This document shows, in pieces, positions 23,181 through 36,100 of a stretch of DNA of 64,000 bases. The translations under genes were made by a program, and so were the position numbers. Position 1 is the first letter of the stretch, and every line of letters starts with the position of its first letter. Source of the DNA: Malacoraja senta (taxonomy: Eukaryota); the NCBI GenBank assembly GCA_038087875.1, contig CM075995.1, forward strand, positions 3,040,001 through 3,104,000, in the 5' to 3' direction. Under the pieces are notes generated by a model. It made no database searches and had not been told where the DNA came from. It saw nothing but the letters and a program-made list of their open reading frames with translations.

Positions 23181-24649
23181 CTCTCTCTACATTATCGTCC
23201 ATATCTGTTGTTTCCCTCTCCTCCGACTCTCAGTCTGAAGGGCCTCAACCAGAAATGCCGCCCATTCCTTCTCTCCAGAGACGCTGCCTGCCCCGCTGAG
23301 TTACTCCAGCGCTTTGTGTCTATCTTCGGTTTAACCCAGCATTTGCAGTTCCTTCCTACAAAGTAAATAGTACATTTTTGTTCAATACCATAACTTGAAA
23401 GGCAGAATGGCAAGAAAATATTTTGGATTTCTCTCTGCAGTTTGAAGTCTTATTCAAGCAGGGAAATATGCGGATTTCATTGAATGTTTGACGTTCCGAA
23501 TTCGAGAGGCAGAAACAACTGACTGGACATTGCAGCATATTGGGAATCTGCCGTCAAAAGTGGAAAATACGCCTGGCTTCAAAACAAAATGCACGCATGA
23601 CATGGAGCCTGAGCTTCTTCAAAGGGACAATGTGCTTTGAAGCCTGCTATTTCTTGTCAGCTGTGTTGGAGGTGATCAACATATGCTAGACATCAGAGCG
23701 TTGGATTATTGTTCAGCTGCCTTCTACACATGCGCGAAGGATTAATGATTATAGGGAGGCACTATTGCCAGTTTTCATGAAAAAAACATTGATGCCATGA
23801 CTACTGTGTGTAGGGGGAGGGGGTGGGGTGGGGGAGGGGGGGAACTGCGAATGCTGGTTTACACCGAAGTCAGACACAAAAAAGGTCTAGTAACTCAGCC
23901 GGGACAGGCAACATCTCTGGAGAAAAGGAATAAGGTGACGTTTCGGCTCGAGACATTTCTCCAGACTCTCTGATGTTTCGGGTCGAGACCCTTCTTTTCG
24001 ACCCGAAACGTCGCCTATTCCTTTCCTCCCGGAGATGCTGCCTGACCCGCTGAGTTGCTCCAGCTTTTTGTGTCTACCGTGACTTGCGCGAGTCGCAGAG
24101 GTATTTACCAAGACTACAACACTGAGGCCATTATCACATCAACAAAGTCTGATGAGTGCAAAGATGGTGACTGTGTGCTTTGTGTCAGGGTCATGGTCAT
24201 TTGGATTAGTACAGGTTCCAGATGTTATGGGGAGAAGGCAGGAGAATGGGGTTAACAGGGAGAGATAGATCAGCCATGATTGAATGGTGGGGTAGACTTG
24301 ATGGTCCGAATGGCCTAATTCTGCTCCATCACATGTGACCTTATGATGGTCATACATTGCGGAATCATTGCTGGCTTCACCTTGCACTAAACCTTATTCC
24401 CATGTCATGTAAATGGCTCGATTACAATCATTTATTGTATTTCTGCTGGCGGGATGGCATGCAACAGAGGCTTTTCACTGTACCTCGGAGCACGTGACAG
24501 TAAACTAAACTGAACAGGTCCTTCGGCCCAACTCGAGTATGCTCACCAACATGCCCTGTCTAAGCTGGTCCAATTCTGTACTTTAATGTTACCGCTACAC
24601 AAAACTTAGGTAGATGATGTGGAAGAAGTTTGAATATGCGTGCCAACAT

Positions 24650-26915
24650 GAATAGATGAATGAATGAATGAATGAATGAATGAATAAGTTTATTGGCCAA
24701 GTATTCACATACAAGGAATTTGCCTTGGTGCTTCGCCCGCAAGTGACAACATGACATACAGTGACAGTTAGGAATGACACATCAAACATTAAACATTAAT
24801 AATAAAACATTATCGATTAAACATGTGAATTAAATAAAATACCAGAGCAAAAGGAGGCTACAGATTTTTGGTTATTGAGTAGAGCTACTACTCTCGGAAA
24901 AAAGCTGTTTTTATGTCTGGCTTTAACATCATAAAATTATGGAGTCAGGCAGCCCAGAAGCAGGGCCTTCAACCTAACTTTCCCACACCGACCAAGATAC
25001 CCCATCTGCACTGGTTCAACCTGCCTGCATTTGGTCCATATTCCTCTATACCTTTCCTATCCATGTACCTGTCCAAATATTTTTTAAATGCTGTTATACG
25101 TAGTACCTGCCTCAACTCCCTCCTCTGGCAGATGGTTCCAGATACACACACCACCCTCTGAGTTGCCCGTCAGGATTCTATCATGTCTTTTCTTTCTCAT
25201 CTTCGACCTTTGCCCCCTTGTTCTTAATTCCCCTTCCCTGGGAAAAAAGAATCTGTGCATTCACCACCACAATTCGATGGAAAAGTTCCAACGGGCGATT
25301 TGAAGGAATGCAGGAGAACAAACCCGATACATAATGTTTACATGGGGCTAACAATAATCAAATAAGAATTGAGTTCAAATGAAGTTCATAAGTTCATAAG
25401 TGATAGTAGGATAAGGCCCATTCTCCTGCCTTCTCCCCATAACTGACACCTGTACTAATCAACAATCTATCTATCTCTGCCTTAAAAATATCCACAGCCT
25501 TCTGTGGCAACGAATTCCACAAATTCACCACCCTCTGACTAAGGACATTTCTCCTCATCTTCCCAAAAGAATGTCCATTAATTCTGAGGCAATGTCCTCT
25601 AGTCCTAGACTCTCCCACTCATGGAAACATCCTCTCCACACCACTCTATCCAAGCCTTGCACTATTCTGTATGTTTCAATGAGATTCCCCCCCCCCCACC
25701 CCCCATTCTTCTGCACTCCAGCGAGTACAGGCCCAGTGCCGACAAATGCTCATCATAGGTTAATGCTACTCATTCCTGGGATCATTCTTGTAAACCTTTA
25801 TGAACATTCAAAACCAATGAGGATATTGCCAGGACTAGAGGGTATGAGTTATAGGGAGAGGTAGAGTAGGCTGGGACTGGAAGCGCAGGAGGATGAAGGT
25901 GATCTTATAGATGTATATAAAATCATGAGACGAATAGATTGGGTAGATGCACAGAATCCCTTACCCAGAGTAGGGGAATCGAGGTCCAGAGGACATAGGT
26001 TCAATGTTTAAATGGAAAAGATTTAATAGGAATCTGAGGGGTAACTTTTTCACACGAAGGGTGGTGGGTGTGTGGAACAAGCTGCCAGAGTAGGTAGTTG
26101 AGGCAGGGACTATCCCAACGATTAAGAAAGAGTTAGACAGGTACATAGATATTACAAGTTTGAAGGGATAGGGACCAAGTGCAGGCAGGTGGGACTAGTG
26201 TAGCTGGGACATGTTGGCCGGTGTGGGCAAGTTGAACCGAAGGGCCTGTTTCCACACTGTATCACTCTGTGACTCTGTGACTCTATAACCAAATCACTGA
26301 GGCTCGATTTAGTGTAACAGCCAGTCTGCCAAGCATTTATTAGCTTCTCAGTACACATGCATGGCCTTCTACCATGAAAGGAATTGTTAATAATCTCCTT
26401 CTATCTCATCATCAGCCAACTTCTAACATTCAAAGAAAACCACACACAAAATTAGAGAGTTGCTGTAATAACTGCATGACATAACTCTTTAAAGGTTTCC
26501 TGTGTTATGCTGGCAGGGATAAAGAAAAATGATTTTTTTGTGTATTCCCATGCAACAGACTGTTGGATTAGAAACCAATATATCCTCATGTGAGGAACAG
26601 ATCGGGTAGAGTCTTTTACCCAGAGTAGGGGAATCGAGGACCAGAGGACATAGGTTCAAGGTGAAGGGGAAAAGATTTAATAGGAATCCGAGGGGTAACT
26701 TTTTCGCTGTTTGGAACAAGCTTCCAAGAGGAGGTAGTTGAGGCTGGGACTATCCCATCGTTTAAGAAATAGTTGGACAGGTACATGGATAGGAGAGTTT
26801 GGAGGGTTTTGGACCAAGCGCAGGCAAGTGGGACTAGGGTAGCTGGGACATTGTTAGCCGGTGTGGGCGAGTTGGGCTGAAGGGCCTGTTTCCACACTGC
26901 ATTATTCTATGACTC
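24650..26915. mobile_element. Cluster of decayed CR1 and Rex-type 3' fragments
   Basis: (GAAT)n-tailed Rex-like end 24650-24922 (-); CR1 ends at ~24945-25250 (-), 25395-25800 (-), 25815-26285 (+), 26600-26915 (+). Confidence 0.75.
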
Positions 26916-27349
26916 TGTCCTATCTTTGCTGGAGATTTGCTGGAGATCTTTCCCTGATTTATTCTTCTTACTGATATCCGAACACTGGCAGAATTCTTGG
27001 CAAATGCTGACTACTGATATGGTCAGCGCTGCGTTATATATTTTTTTATTTTCCCACATTGTTGACATTTTTGCCATTCCCTTGGAAATTGAACATATTG
27101 AAAACAGGTGGACCCTTTTCCTGCAACTTTAACTTTGTTTGCAAATCGTCACAGGATACCTTTCACCGTTCAGTCTCTCGAGTCCTTGCTCAATCATTGG
27201 CAAAACTTCCCAATCCCTCTCACTCACCTGAACCTTCTGCACAGCCTTGGTGCATTTCTCCTCAAGTAATTATGCCACTCCATTTTGAAATATGCTGTTG
27301 AATCTACTTCTGCAACCATTTCATGAATCGTAGTATAATTAATACAAAA

Positions 27350-27620
27350 GCGGCACGGTGGCGCAGCGGTAGAGTTGCTGCCTTACAGCACTTCCAGCGT
27401 CAGAGATAAGAGTTCGATCCCGACTATGGGAGCTTGTCCGTTCTCCCCGTGACCTCGTGGGTTTTCTCTGAGATCTTTGGATTCCTCCCACTCTCCCAAG
27501 ACATACAGGTTTATAGGTAAATTGGTTTGGTTTAAGTGTAAATTGTCCCCAGTGTGTGTAGGATAGTGTTAATGTGCAGGGATCGCTGGTCGGTGCGGAT
27601 TTGGTGGGCTCCAAACTAAA
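27350..27620 (+). mobile_element. V-SINE (HE1-like) copy
   Basis: gcggcacggtggcgcagcggtagagttgctgcc head and V-domain. Confidence 0.85.
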
Positions 27621-28062
27621 AAAAAGCTAAAGAGTCATGAGTTTATTATGTCCTTACATATACATGCACACATATACTGTGTCAGTTTATTGTCATGTGT
27701 AACTAGGTACAGTGAAAAGCTTTTGTTGCGTGCAAACAAGTCAGTGAAAATACAATACATGATTACAATCGAGCCATTTACAGTGTATAGAGAGCGGATA
27801 AAGGGAATAACGTTTAGTGCATGGTAAAGCCAGCAAAGTCCGGTCAACAATAGTCTAATCACCAATGAGGTAGATAGTAGCTCAGGACTGCTCTCTAGTT
27901 GTGGTAGGATGATTTAGTTGCCTGATAACATGGAAGAAACTATCCCTGAATCTGGTGGTGTGCATTTTCATACTTCTCTACACTTTGCCTGATGGGACAA
28001 TGGGAGAAGAGGGAGTATCCACGGTGCGAATGGTCCTTGATATATTTACACACACTCATATA

Positions 28063-29476
28063 TCTATATTACTAAAAGTCTGATCTTGACCATTTCCTGT
28101 TGTTCTGTTGATGGATTTAGAAAAAACGCTGCCACTTAAGGCTGTGATTTTTGGCCATCTTACTCAGAGTCCCCCTCCGCTGCGCAGGAGAAGAAGATGT
28201 TTCCCATCGATGAAAAATAAAAGAGTTATTAATGTTTACAAAACGTTGAGATTCTCTCGCCTGAAGGCCACACCCCTTCCGGAGGGACTATAAAACCCAG
28301 AAGCGTTGAGTGCCCCAGTCAGTCTCTGCAAGATGGGGGAGCGAGAGGGTCACGTCTCTCAGTCTGAGCTGTGAATAACACTGAACACATGTCTACTAAA
28401 CTGTGAATGGTTTTACTGACCTGTCAGCGCCCTTAATGTGGTTTGAAAATGTAGTTTGGAAATGCTAAAGCTGTGTTGCCTTTGGTTTGGAAATGCTAAA
28501 GCTGTGTTGCCTTTGGTTTGGAAATGCTAAAGCTGTGTTGCCTTTGGTTTGGAAATGCTAAAGCTGTGTTGCCTTTGGTTTGGAAATGCTAAAGCTGTGT
28601 TGCCTTTGGTTTGGAAATGCTAAAGCTGTGTTGCCTAATTAAAGTTGCCTTGTCAAATTAAAGTTGCCTTGTCGAATTAAAGTTGCCTTGCCTAATTAAA
28701 GTTGCCTTGCCTAATTAAAGTTGCCTTGCCTTCTATATAATTAAAAGTCTAATCTTGACCACTTCCTGTTTGCGCTTTATATTGATTTTAGAAAAAATGA
28801 TACCACATACAGCTGTGATTTTTGGCCATCATACTCAGAGTCCCTCTCCGCTCATCAAGTGCTGAGGATTCTTCCCATCGATGAAAAATAAAAGTTATTA
28901 GTGTTTCAAAAATGTTGAGATTCTCTGTCCTGTCAATCACGCCATGAAGGCCGCGCCCCTTTTGGTGGGAGGCGAGAGGGACTATAAAACCCAGAAATGT
29001 AGGCGTGGCTCAGTCTCTGCAAGATGGAGTAGGGAGAGGTCACGACTCGCTGTCTTTAGTGGCCTTGCACCCTGCTTGAAATGGTATGAAACTGCACTTG
29101 TATCTAGTGGCCTTGCACCCTGCTTGAAGTGATAAGAAACTGCACTTGATTTTGGTGGCCCCGCACCCTGCTTGAAATGGAATTTCAAGGAATAGCCGTG
29201 AGTAAACTGCCAGCCCACCAGCCGTGAGTGAGTGAGCTGCCAGCACAACAGGCTTGAGTGACTGAACCGCCAGCCCAAGAATCCATTTGGCCCACAATAT
29301 CCATACTAGCCCTCCGGAAACCAGTCCCTTCAACCCACAACACCCATACTAGCGCTCCAGAAAGCCCCTCCCCCCCCGGGCCACAAATATTGGAATTGGT
29401 GGAGAGGTGGAATATTGTATTGGGGGACCAGCCCTCCCTTGAGAACATGGGACCCAACGGGTCCCACTTAGTCTAG
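28063..29476 (+). mobile_element. Non-autonomous Helitron with a duplicated 5' module
   Basis: A|TC start (tctatattactaaaagtc), second 5' start at ~28732, 3' hairpin tgggaccc-aac-gggtccca (29448-29466), then CTAG|T. Confidence 0.9.
28454..28730 (+). repeat. Internal minisatellites of Helitron 1 (31-bp and 19-bp units)
   Basis: tttggtttggaaatgctaaagctgtgttgcc about x6, then taattaaagttgccttgcc about x5. Confidence 0.9.
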
Positions 29477-29583
29477 TATATATATATAACTGTGATTATT
29501 ACTTTCACAGACATTCTCAGTATTGTGTAGACGCACACACACACACATGTACATGCACACACATACATTTGTATATATATATA

Positions 29584-31144
29584 CTAGACTAAGTGGGACC
29601 CGTTGGGTCCCAGCATCACACGGGACGGCTGGTCACCCAATGCAATATTCCACCTCTCCACCAATTCCAATATTGCTGGCCAGTGGGGGGAAGGGGGGGG
29701 GGAGGCTTTCTCTTGCGCTAGTATGGGTGTTGTGGGCCTAAGGTACTGTTTTCCAGAGGGCTAGTATAGACATTGTGGGCCGAATGGATTCTTGGGCTGG
29801 CAGCCAACTGTTGCAACGATTTTAAAAGCCAAGCCAAGGCCACAATTTGGCAGCAGCCACTCGACAACCAAAATCCATTTTGTGAACACAAACTTTTTAA
29901 AAGGCGAGGCAAACAATTGGGCAGCAGCCACCCGACAACCAAAATTCATTTTGTAAACAAACTTTTTAAAAAGGCGAGGCAAACTATTGGGCTGCAGCCA
30001 CCTGACAACCAAAATTCATTTTGTGAAAACAAACTTTTAAAAAAGACGTGGAAAACAATTGGGCAGCAGACACCCGACAACCAAAATTCATTTTGTAAAC
30101 ACAAACTTTTTAAAAAGGCGAGGCAAACAATTGGGCAGCAGCCACCCGACAACCAAAATTCATTTTGTGAACACAAACTTTTTAAAAAGGCGAGGCAAAC
30201 AATTGGGCAGCATCCACCCGACAACCAAAATTCATTTTGTGAACAGAAACTTTTTTAAAAAAGGCGAGGCAAACAATTGGGCAGCAGCCACCCGACAACC
30301 AAAATTCATTTTGTGAACACAAACTTTTTAAAAAGGCGAGGCAAACAATTGGGCAGCAGCCACCTGACAACCAAAATTCATTTTGGGAACACAAACTTTT
30401 TAAAAAGGCGAGGCAAACAATTGGGCAGCAGCCACCTGACAACCAAAATTCATTTTGTGAACACAAACTTTAAAAAAAAAGGCGTGGCAAACAATTGGGC
30501 AGCAGCCACCTGACAACCAAAATTCATTTTGTGAACACAAACTTTTTAAAAGGCGAGGCAAACAATTTGGCAGCAGCCACCTGACAACCAAAATTCATTT
30601 AGTGAACACAAACTTTAAAAAAAGGCGAGGCAAACAATTGGGCAGCAGCCACCTGATAACCAAAATTCATTTTGTGAACACAAACTTTTTAAAAAGGCGA
30701 GGCAAACAATTGGGCAGCAGCCACCTGACAACCAAAATTCATTTTGTGAACACAAACTTTTTAAAAGGCGAGGCAAACAATTTGGCAACAGCCGCATCGA
30801 GGGGATTCACCGTGGAGTAGGCGTTCAGTGTTATTCACAGCTCAGAGAGCCGTGACCCTCTCGCTTCCTGGGTCTGGCAGAGACTGAGTAAGGCATTACA
30901 CTTCCGGGTTTTATAGTCCCTCCCCCTGCCGCCAGCGGGGGCACCAGAGAGAATGACGATTAAAAAAACCCCATTAATTTCTCTCTGATTTTTCATCGAT
31001 GGGAAAAATCCTCCAGTCCCGGAAGGCGGAGGGGGGCTCTGAGCGAGGTGGCCAAAAATGACGGCCGTAGGTGGCGGTTTTCTCTCGGAAATCGCAGCAC
31101 CAGTGAGTCAAAAGCGGTCAAGATCAGACTTTTAGTAATATAGA
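29584..31144 (-). mobile_element. Non-autonomous Helitron, related family, opposite strand
   Basis: Minus-strand A|TCTATATTACTAAAAGTC start at 31144; same hairpin and CTAG|T end at 29584. Confidence 0.9.
29849..30790. repeat. 72-bp minisatellite, about 13 copies, inside Helitron 2
   Basis: Unit ggcagcagccacccgacaaccaaaattcattttgtgaacacaaactttttaaaaaggcgaggcaaacaattg. Confidence 0.95.
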
Positions 31145-31764
31145 TATTTGTAGATGTGTGTGTCTACACAATACTGAGAGTGTCTGTCACAGGTCATGCT
31201 TTGCATTAAAGCCTGACAAGTCTCAGCAGACAACTGTTAAGAATACATACCTTAAAGGAACTCAGTTATTTCCTGCTGTTTTTAACTTTGACCTGGAAGC
31301 AACCTGGAGAGATTGAGTTAGCGCGGAGTGGTGCACGCATCCACCAATCCACAGGAACTTCCAACATTAGCCTGAGAAAGATCTTTGAATTTATTTCAGA
31401 ACTGTGTGTTGGTTTAGTATCATGATATTAGGAAATTCCATGTAGTTTGTTAACACTTTGTTGTATGTGCAACTAACATTATTAAATTCAACAGGGGAGG
31501 GGAGGGGAGGGGAGGGGAGGGGTGGGGGAAGACTCTATTCCTTGGAGTGCAGGAGGTTGAGGGGTGAACTCATAGAGGTGTGTAAAATCATGAGAGGAAT
31601 AGTTCTTGCCCAGAGTAGGTGAATTGACGACCAGAGGAAAGGGGTTTAAGGTGGTGGAAAAGATTGAATAGGAACCCGAGGGGAAATTTTTTTACACAAA
31701 GTTTAACGAGCTGCCAGAGGTGGTAGTTGAGGCAGGTTCTATCAGTACGTTTAAAAAACATTTA

Positions 31765-32482
31765 AGAGCCTGTCCCACTGCAGCGACCTAATTTGCGATT
31801 TTGGAAGAGTTTGCCCTCGACTCATACTCGCAGCATGGTCGACACAAGGTCCTAGGAGGTCCTAGGAGGTCTTTGTAACTCTCCTTCATACTCGAGAGTA
31901 GTCCCCACGAACTCGAGGCCTCAGCTCGGTCGCGGCGTATTTTTCAACATGCTGAAAAATGCCCGCGATTAAAAAAAGATCGCCATGGAAAAAATCGATA
32001 TATTTTTTCTCGTAGGTTTAGTCGAGGTACGTCGTAATGCTATCGTAGGTAATCAAAGGCAATCGAAGGTAGTCGAAGGTAAAGCTCGTTGAGAAAAAAA
32101 AGGTAAGTAAACCGACCGGTAATGTTAAATGCCCGCTAAACTTTATTAAAAGTTGGCTGGCTTCTTAAAAGTGTCTCCACTCCTTCTCCCCCATCTCCCC
32201 CCATCTCCCCCCATCTCTCCCCATCTCTCCCCTTCTCTCCCCTTCTCTCCCCTTCTCTCCCCTTCTCTCCCCTTCTCTCCCCTTCTCTTCCCTTCTCTCC
32301 CCTTCTCTCCCCTTCCCTCCCCTTCCCTCCCCTTCCCTCCCCCTCTCTCTCCCCTTCTCTCCGATTCTCTCCCCTCCCCCCCCGCTCTCTAAAGAACTTA
32401 CCATAACTGTGTCAGCCGTCTTTTACCTTCCTGTTCATCGTGGGTGTGAATTTCAGGCAGTGCTTCCTCGCTTTCCCTGGCC

Positions 32483-32547
<65 letters not shown>

Positions 32548-32576
32548 GTGTGCGTGTGTGTGCGTGTGTGTGCGTG

Positions 32577-32608
<32 letters not shown>

Positions 32609-32764
32609 GGGGTGGGTGGGTGGGTGCGCGCGTGCGCAGACGGTCGATCCGGCTCGCTGTTTCATCGCCGACGGTCGATCCAGTTCGAGGTTTTTCAGGC
32701 GAGTGCCTTCGAGCTTGAAGGTCGAAGACAGTCGCTGAAAAGTCGCGTTAGTGGGACAGGCCCA
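31765..32764. mobile_element. PIF/Harbinger-type MITE inserted in a CR1 3' fragment (31530-32905)
   Basis: TTA TSD (31762-64, 32765-67); TIR agagcctgtcccact / agtgggacaggccca; interior shares blocks with 12797-13588 in reverse orientation. Confidence 0.9.
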
Positions 32765-33197
32765 TTAGACAGGTACATAGATAGGACAGTTTTACAGGGA
32801 TATGGACCAAACACAGGCAGGTGGGACGAGTGTAGATGGTGATTGTGAGTAGGCATGGGAAGTTGGGCTGAAGGACCTGTTTCCATGCTGTATGACTCTA
32901 TGACACTAGGTATTAGTTAATGTTAAACAGCTTATTTAAAGCTGGTTTGCCGTGGTGATTTTTCACATAGCAGGCAGGACGTTACATGACAAGACGTTGT
33001 TTGATCATGTGTATAGAAAATGTTTTCCAATGCTGGAGAGAACTTCACCTTTGGACGTGGATTGTAAGTGATTGCCAGGGCTATGAACAGTGATGACTCT
33101 CTTAAATTATCTGTTGCTAGGAGTCCAGAGCAGCAAAACATATATGAGAACTTTGCTTAGAGTGGTGAAGCATCGGAATAGGATCTTCAGCCCCTTC

Positions 33198-36100
33198 TCA
33201 AGTTCAAGTGAGTTTATTGTCATGTGTCATCGGACAATGAAATTCTTGCTTTGCTTCAGCACAACAGAACATAGAAGGCATTGACTACAAAACAGATCAG
33301 TGTGTCCATATATCATTATATAAATATATACACACATGAATAAATAAACTGATAAAGTGCAAATAACACATAATGGGCTATTAATGTTCATAGTTTTGTC
33401 CGAGCCAAGTTTAATAGCCTGATGGCTGTGGGGAAGTAGATATTCCTGAACCTGTTCATTGCAGTCTTCAGGCTCCTGTACCTTCTACCTGAAGGTAGCA
33501 GGGAGATGAGTGTGTGGCCAGGATGGTGTGGGTCCTTGATGATACTGCCAGCCTTTTTGAGGCAGCGACTGCGATAGATCCCCTTGATGGAAGGGAGGTT
33601 AGAGCCGATGATGGACTGGACAGTGTTTACTACTCTTTGTAGTCTTTTCCTCTCCAGGGCGCTCAAGTTGCCGAACCAAGCCACGATGCAACCGGTCAGC
33701 ATGCTCTCTACTGTGCACGTGTAGAAGTTAGAGAGAGTCCTCCTTGACAAACCGACTCTCCGTAATCTTCTCAGGAAGTAGAGGCGCTGATGTGCTTTCT
33801 TAATAGTAGCATCAGTGTTCTCGGACCAGGAAAGATCTTCAGAGATGTGCACGCCCAGGAATTTAAAGCTCTTGACCCTTTCAACCATCGACCCATTGAT
33901 ATAAACGGGACTGTGGGTCCCCAACCTACTCCTTCCAAAGTCCACAATCAGTTCCTTGGTTTTGCTGGTGTTGAGGGCCAGGTTATTGTGCTGGCACCAT
34001 ATGGACAGTTGCTCGATCTCTCTTCTGTATTCTGACTTATCCCCATCAGTGATACGACCCACAACAGTGGTGTCGTCAGCGAACTTGATGATCGAGTTCG
34101 CACTATGGCTGGCTATGCAGTCATGATTATAGAGTGAGTACAGCAGGGGACTGAGCACGCAGCCTTGAGGTGCTCCCGTGCTGATTGTTATCGAGGCTGA
34201 CACATTTCCACCAATACGAACAGACTGTGGTCTGAGAATGAGGAAGCCGAGGATCCAATTGCAGAGGGATGCGCAGAGACCCAGTTCTGCGAGTTTGGTA
34301 ACCAGCTTGGAGGGGATGATTGTATTAAATGCCGAGCTGTAATCGATGAATAACAGCCTGGCATATGAGTTTTTGTTGTCCAAGTGGTCCAGAGCGGAGT
34401 GGAGGGCCAGCGAGATCGCATCCACCATTGATCTGTTGTGGCGGTAAGCGAACTGCAGTGGGTCCAGGTTCTTGTCGAGGTAGGAGTTGATGTGCACCAT
34501 AATCAACCTCTCAAAGCACTTCATCACCACAGGCGTTAGTGCCACAGGTCGATAGTCATTGAGGCACGTCACCTTACTCTTCTTGGGCACTGGTATAATT
34601 GCTGCCCTTTTGAAGCAGGTGGGAACCTCAGACCTCAGAAGTGAGAGGTTGAAAATGTCCGTAAAACTCCAGCCAGTTGGTCGCACAGGTTTTTATAACG
34701 CGACCAGGTATACCATCAGGTCCAGGCGCTTTTCGAGGGTTCACTCCTCTGAAGGATTTCCTGACGTCGGCCTCTGTGACTGAGACTGAAATACCATCAC
34801 AGCGAATGGGAGCTCGGGAAGGCACATCGGTGTTCTCCCTATCAAAGCGTGCGTAAAACTCATTGAGCTCATCAGGGAGTGATGTTTCGCCGACATTCGA
34901 GCTGCCTCCCGATTTTACCTTGTAGGAGGTGATTGCATTCAGGCCCTGCCACAGCTGCCGAACATCTGTCTCTTCCTCCAGTTTGGAGCAGAAGTCCCTT
35001 TTGGCCTTTTTGATGGCCTTACCAAGGTCGCATCTGGACTTCTTGTAGACCACTGTATCATCAGACATGAATGACCGGTGTCTGGTCTTCAGAAGAGTGC
35101 GGATCTCAAAGTTCATCCAAGGTTTGGGAAATACTCGGAAGGTTTTTGTAGGGATGCAGTCCTCCACACATTTCTTAATGAAGTCTGTAACGACTGTGGC
35201 GTATTCGTTCAAGTCCGTTGCCGAGTCCTTGAACATTGCCCAGTCTACAGACTCCAAACAGTCCTGGAGTTGTTCCTCTGCCCCCCCCCCCACTCCCGAC
35301 CAGTTCTGCACTGTCCTCACCTCTGGGGGTGCGCTCTTTAATTGCTGCCTGTAGGCAGGAAGAAGCAGCACCGTGGTATGGTCAGATTTACCGAAGTGAG
35401 GGCGAGGGATAGAGCGGTAGGCATTCTTGATGGTGGTGCAGCAGTGGTAGAGGGTGTTTGGTCCTCTGGTGCAGCAGGAGACATGTTGGTGGAAGTTAGG
35501 GAGTGATTTCTTTAGGTTTGCCTTATTGAAGTCCCCAGCAATGGTGGTAAATGCCTCGGGGTAAGACGTCTGGTGTTTGTTGACCACAGCGTGCAGCTCC
35601 TCCAGTGCCAGACGGACGTCTGCCTGCGGTGGGATGTAGACCGCGGTCAGGATGATGAAGGTGAATTCCCTCGGAAAGTAGAAGGGACGACACTTCACCG
35701 CCAGATGTTCGAGGTGTGGAGAGCACGAGTTGGACAGGACTGCCACGTCTGAGCACCACGCAGAGTTGACCATGAGGCAGACGCCTCTTCCTCTCCCTTT
35801 CCCAGATGCCAGTGTACGGTCTATACGGTGGATGGAGAACCCTTCAGGCTGGACCGCTGAGTCTGGGGAGCTGAGGGTGAGCCATGTCTCGGTAAAACAG
35901 AACACAGAGCATTCCCTCAGCTCCCTTTGATAAAGCAGTCTTGCCCTTAAGTCCTCCACTTTATTTTCAAGGGACTGTACGTTGGCCAGTAGGATAGTAG
36001 GGAGAGGGGGCCGAAGTCCCCTGCGCTTCAGTCTGACCTGAAGTCCTGCCCGCCGGCCACGTTTCCGGACACAATGGAGGCTTCCCCTTTGTTTCCAGGC

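Noticed and set aside
23440..23640. Acceptor-like site and a ~60-codon open frame (similar weak candidates near 3950-4220, 14228-14330, 32971-33063)
   Set aside because: No recognisable homology and no consistent strand or phase chain; expected by chance.
29773..30820. ORFs with 24-aa repeats; superficially array-like DNA
   Set aside because: A 72-bp minisatellite with homopolymer frameshifts and no unique spacers, so neither a repeat protein nor CRISPR.
28063..31144. Single DNA transposon with 29-bp TIRs
   Set aside because: Two internal hairpin+CTAG ends show two convergent Helitrons.
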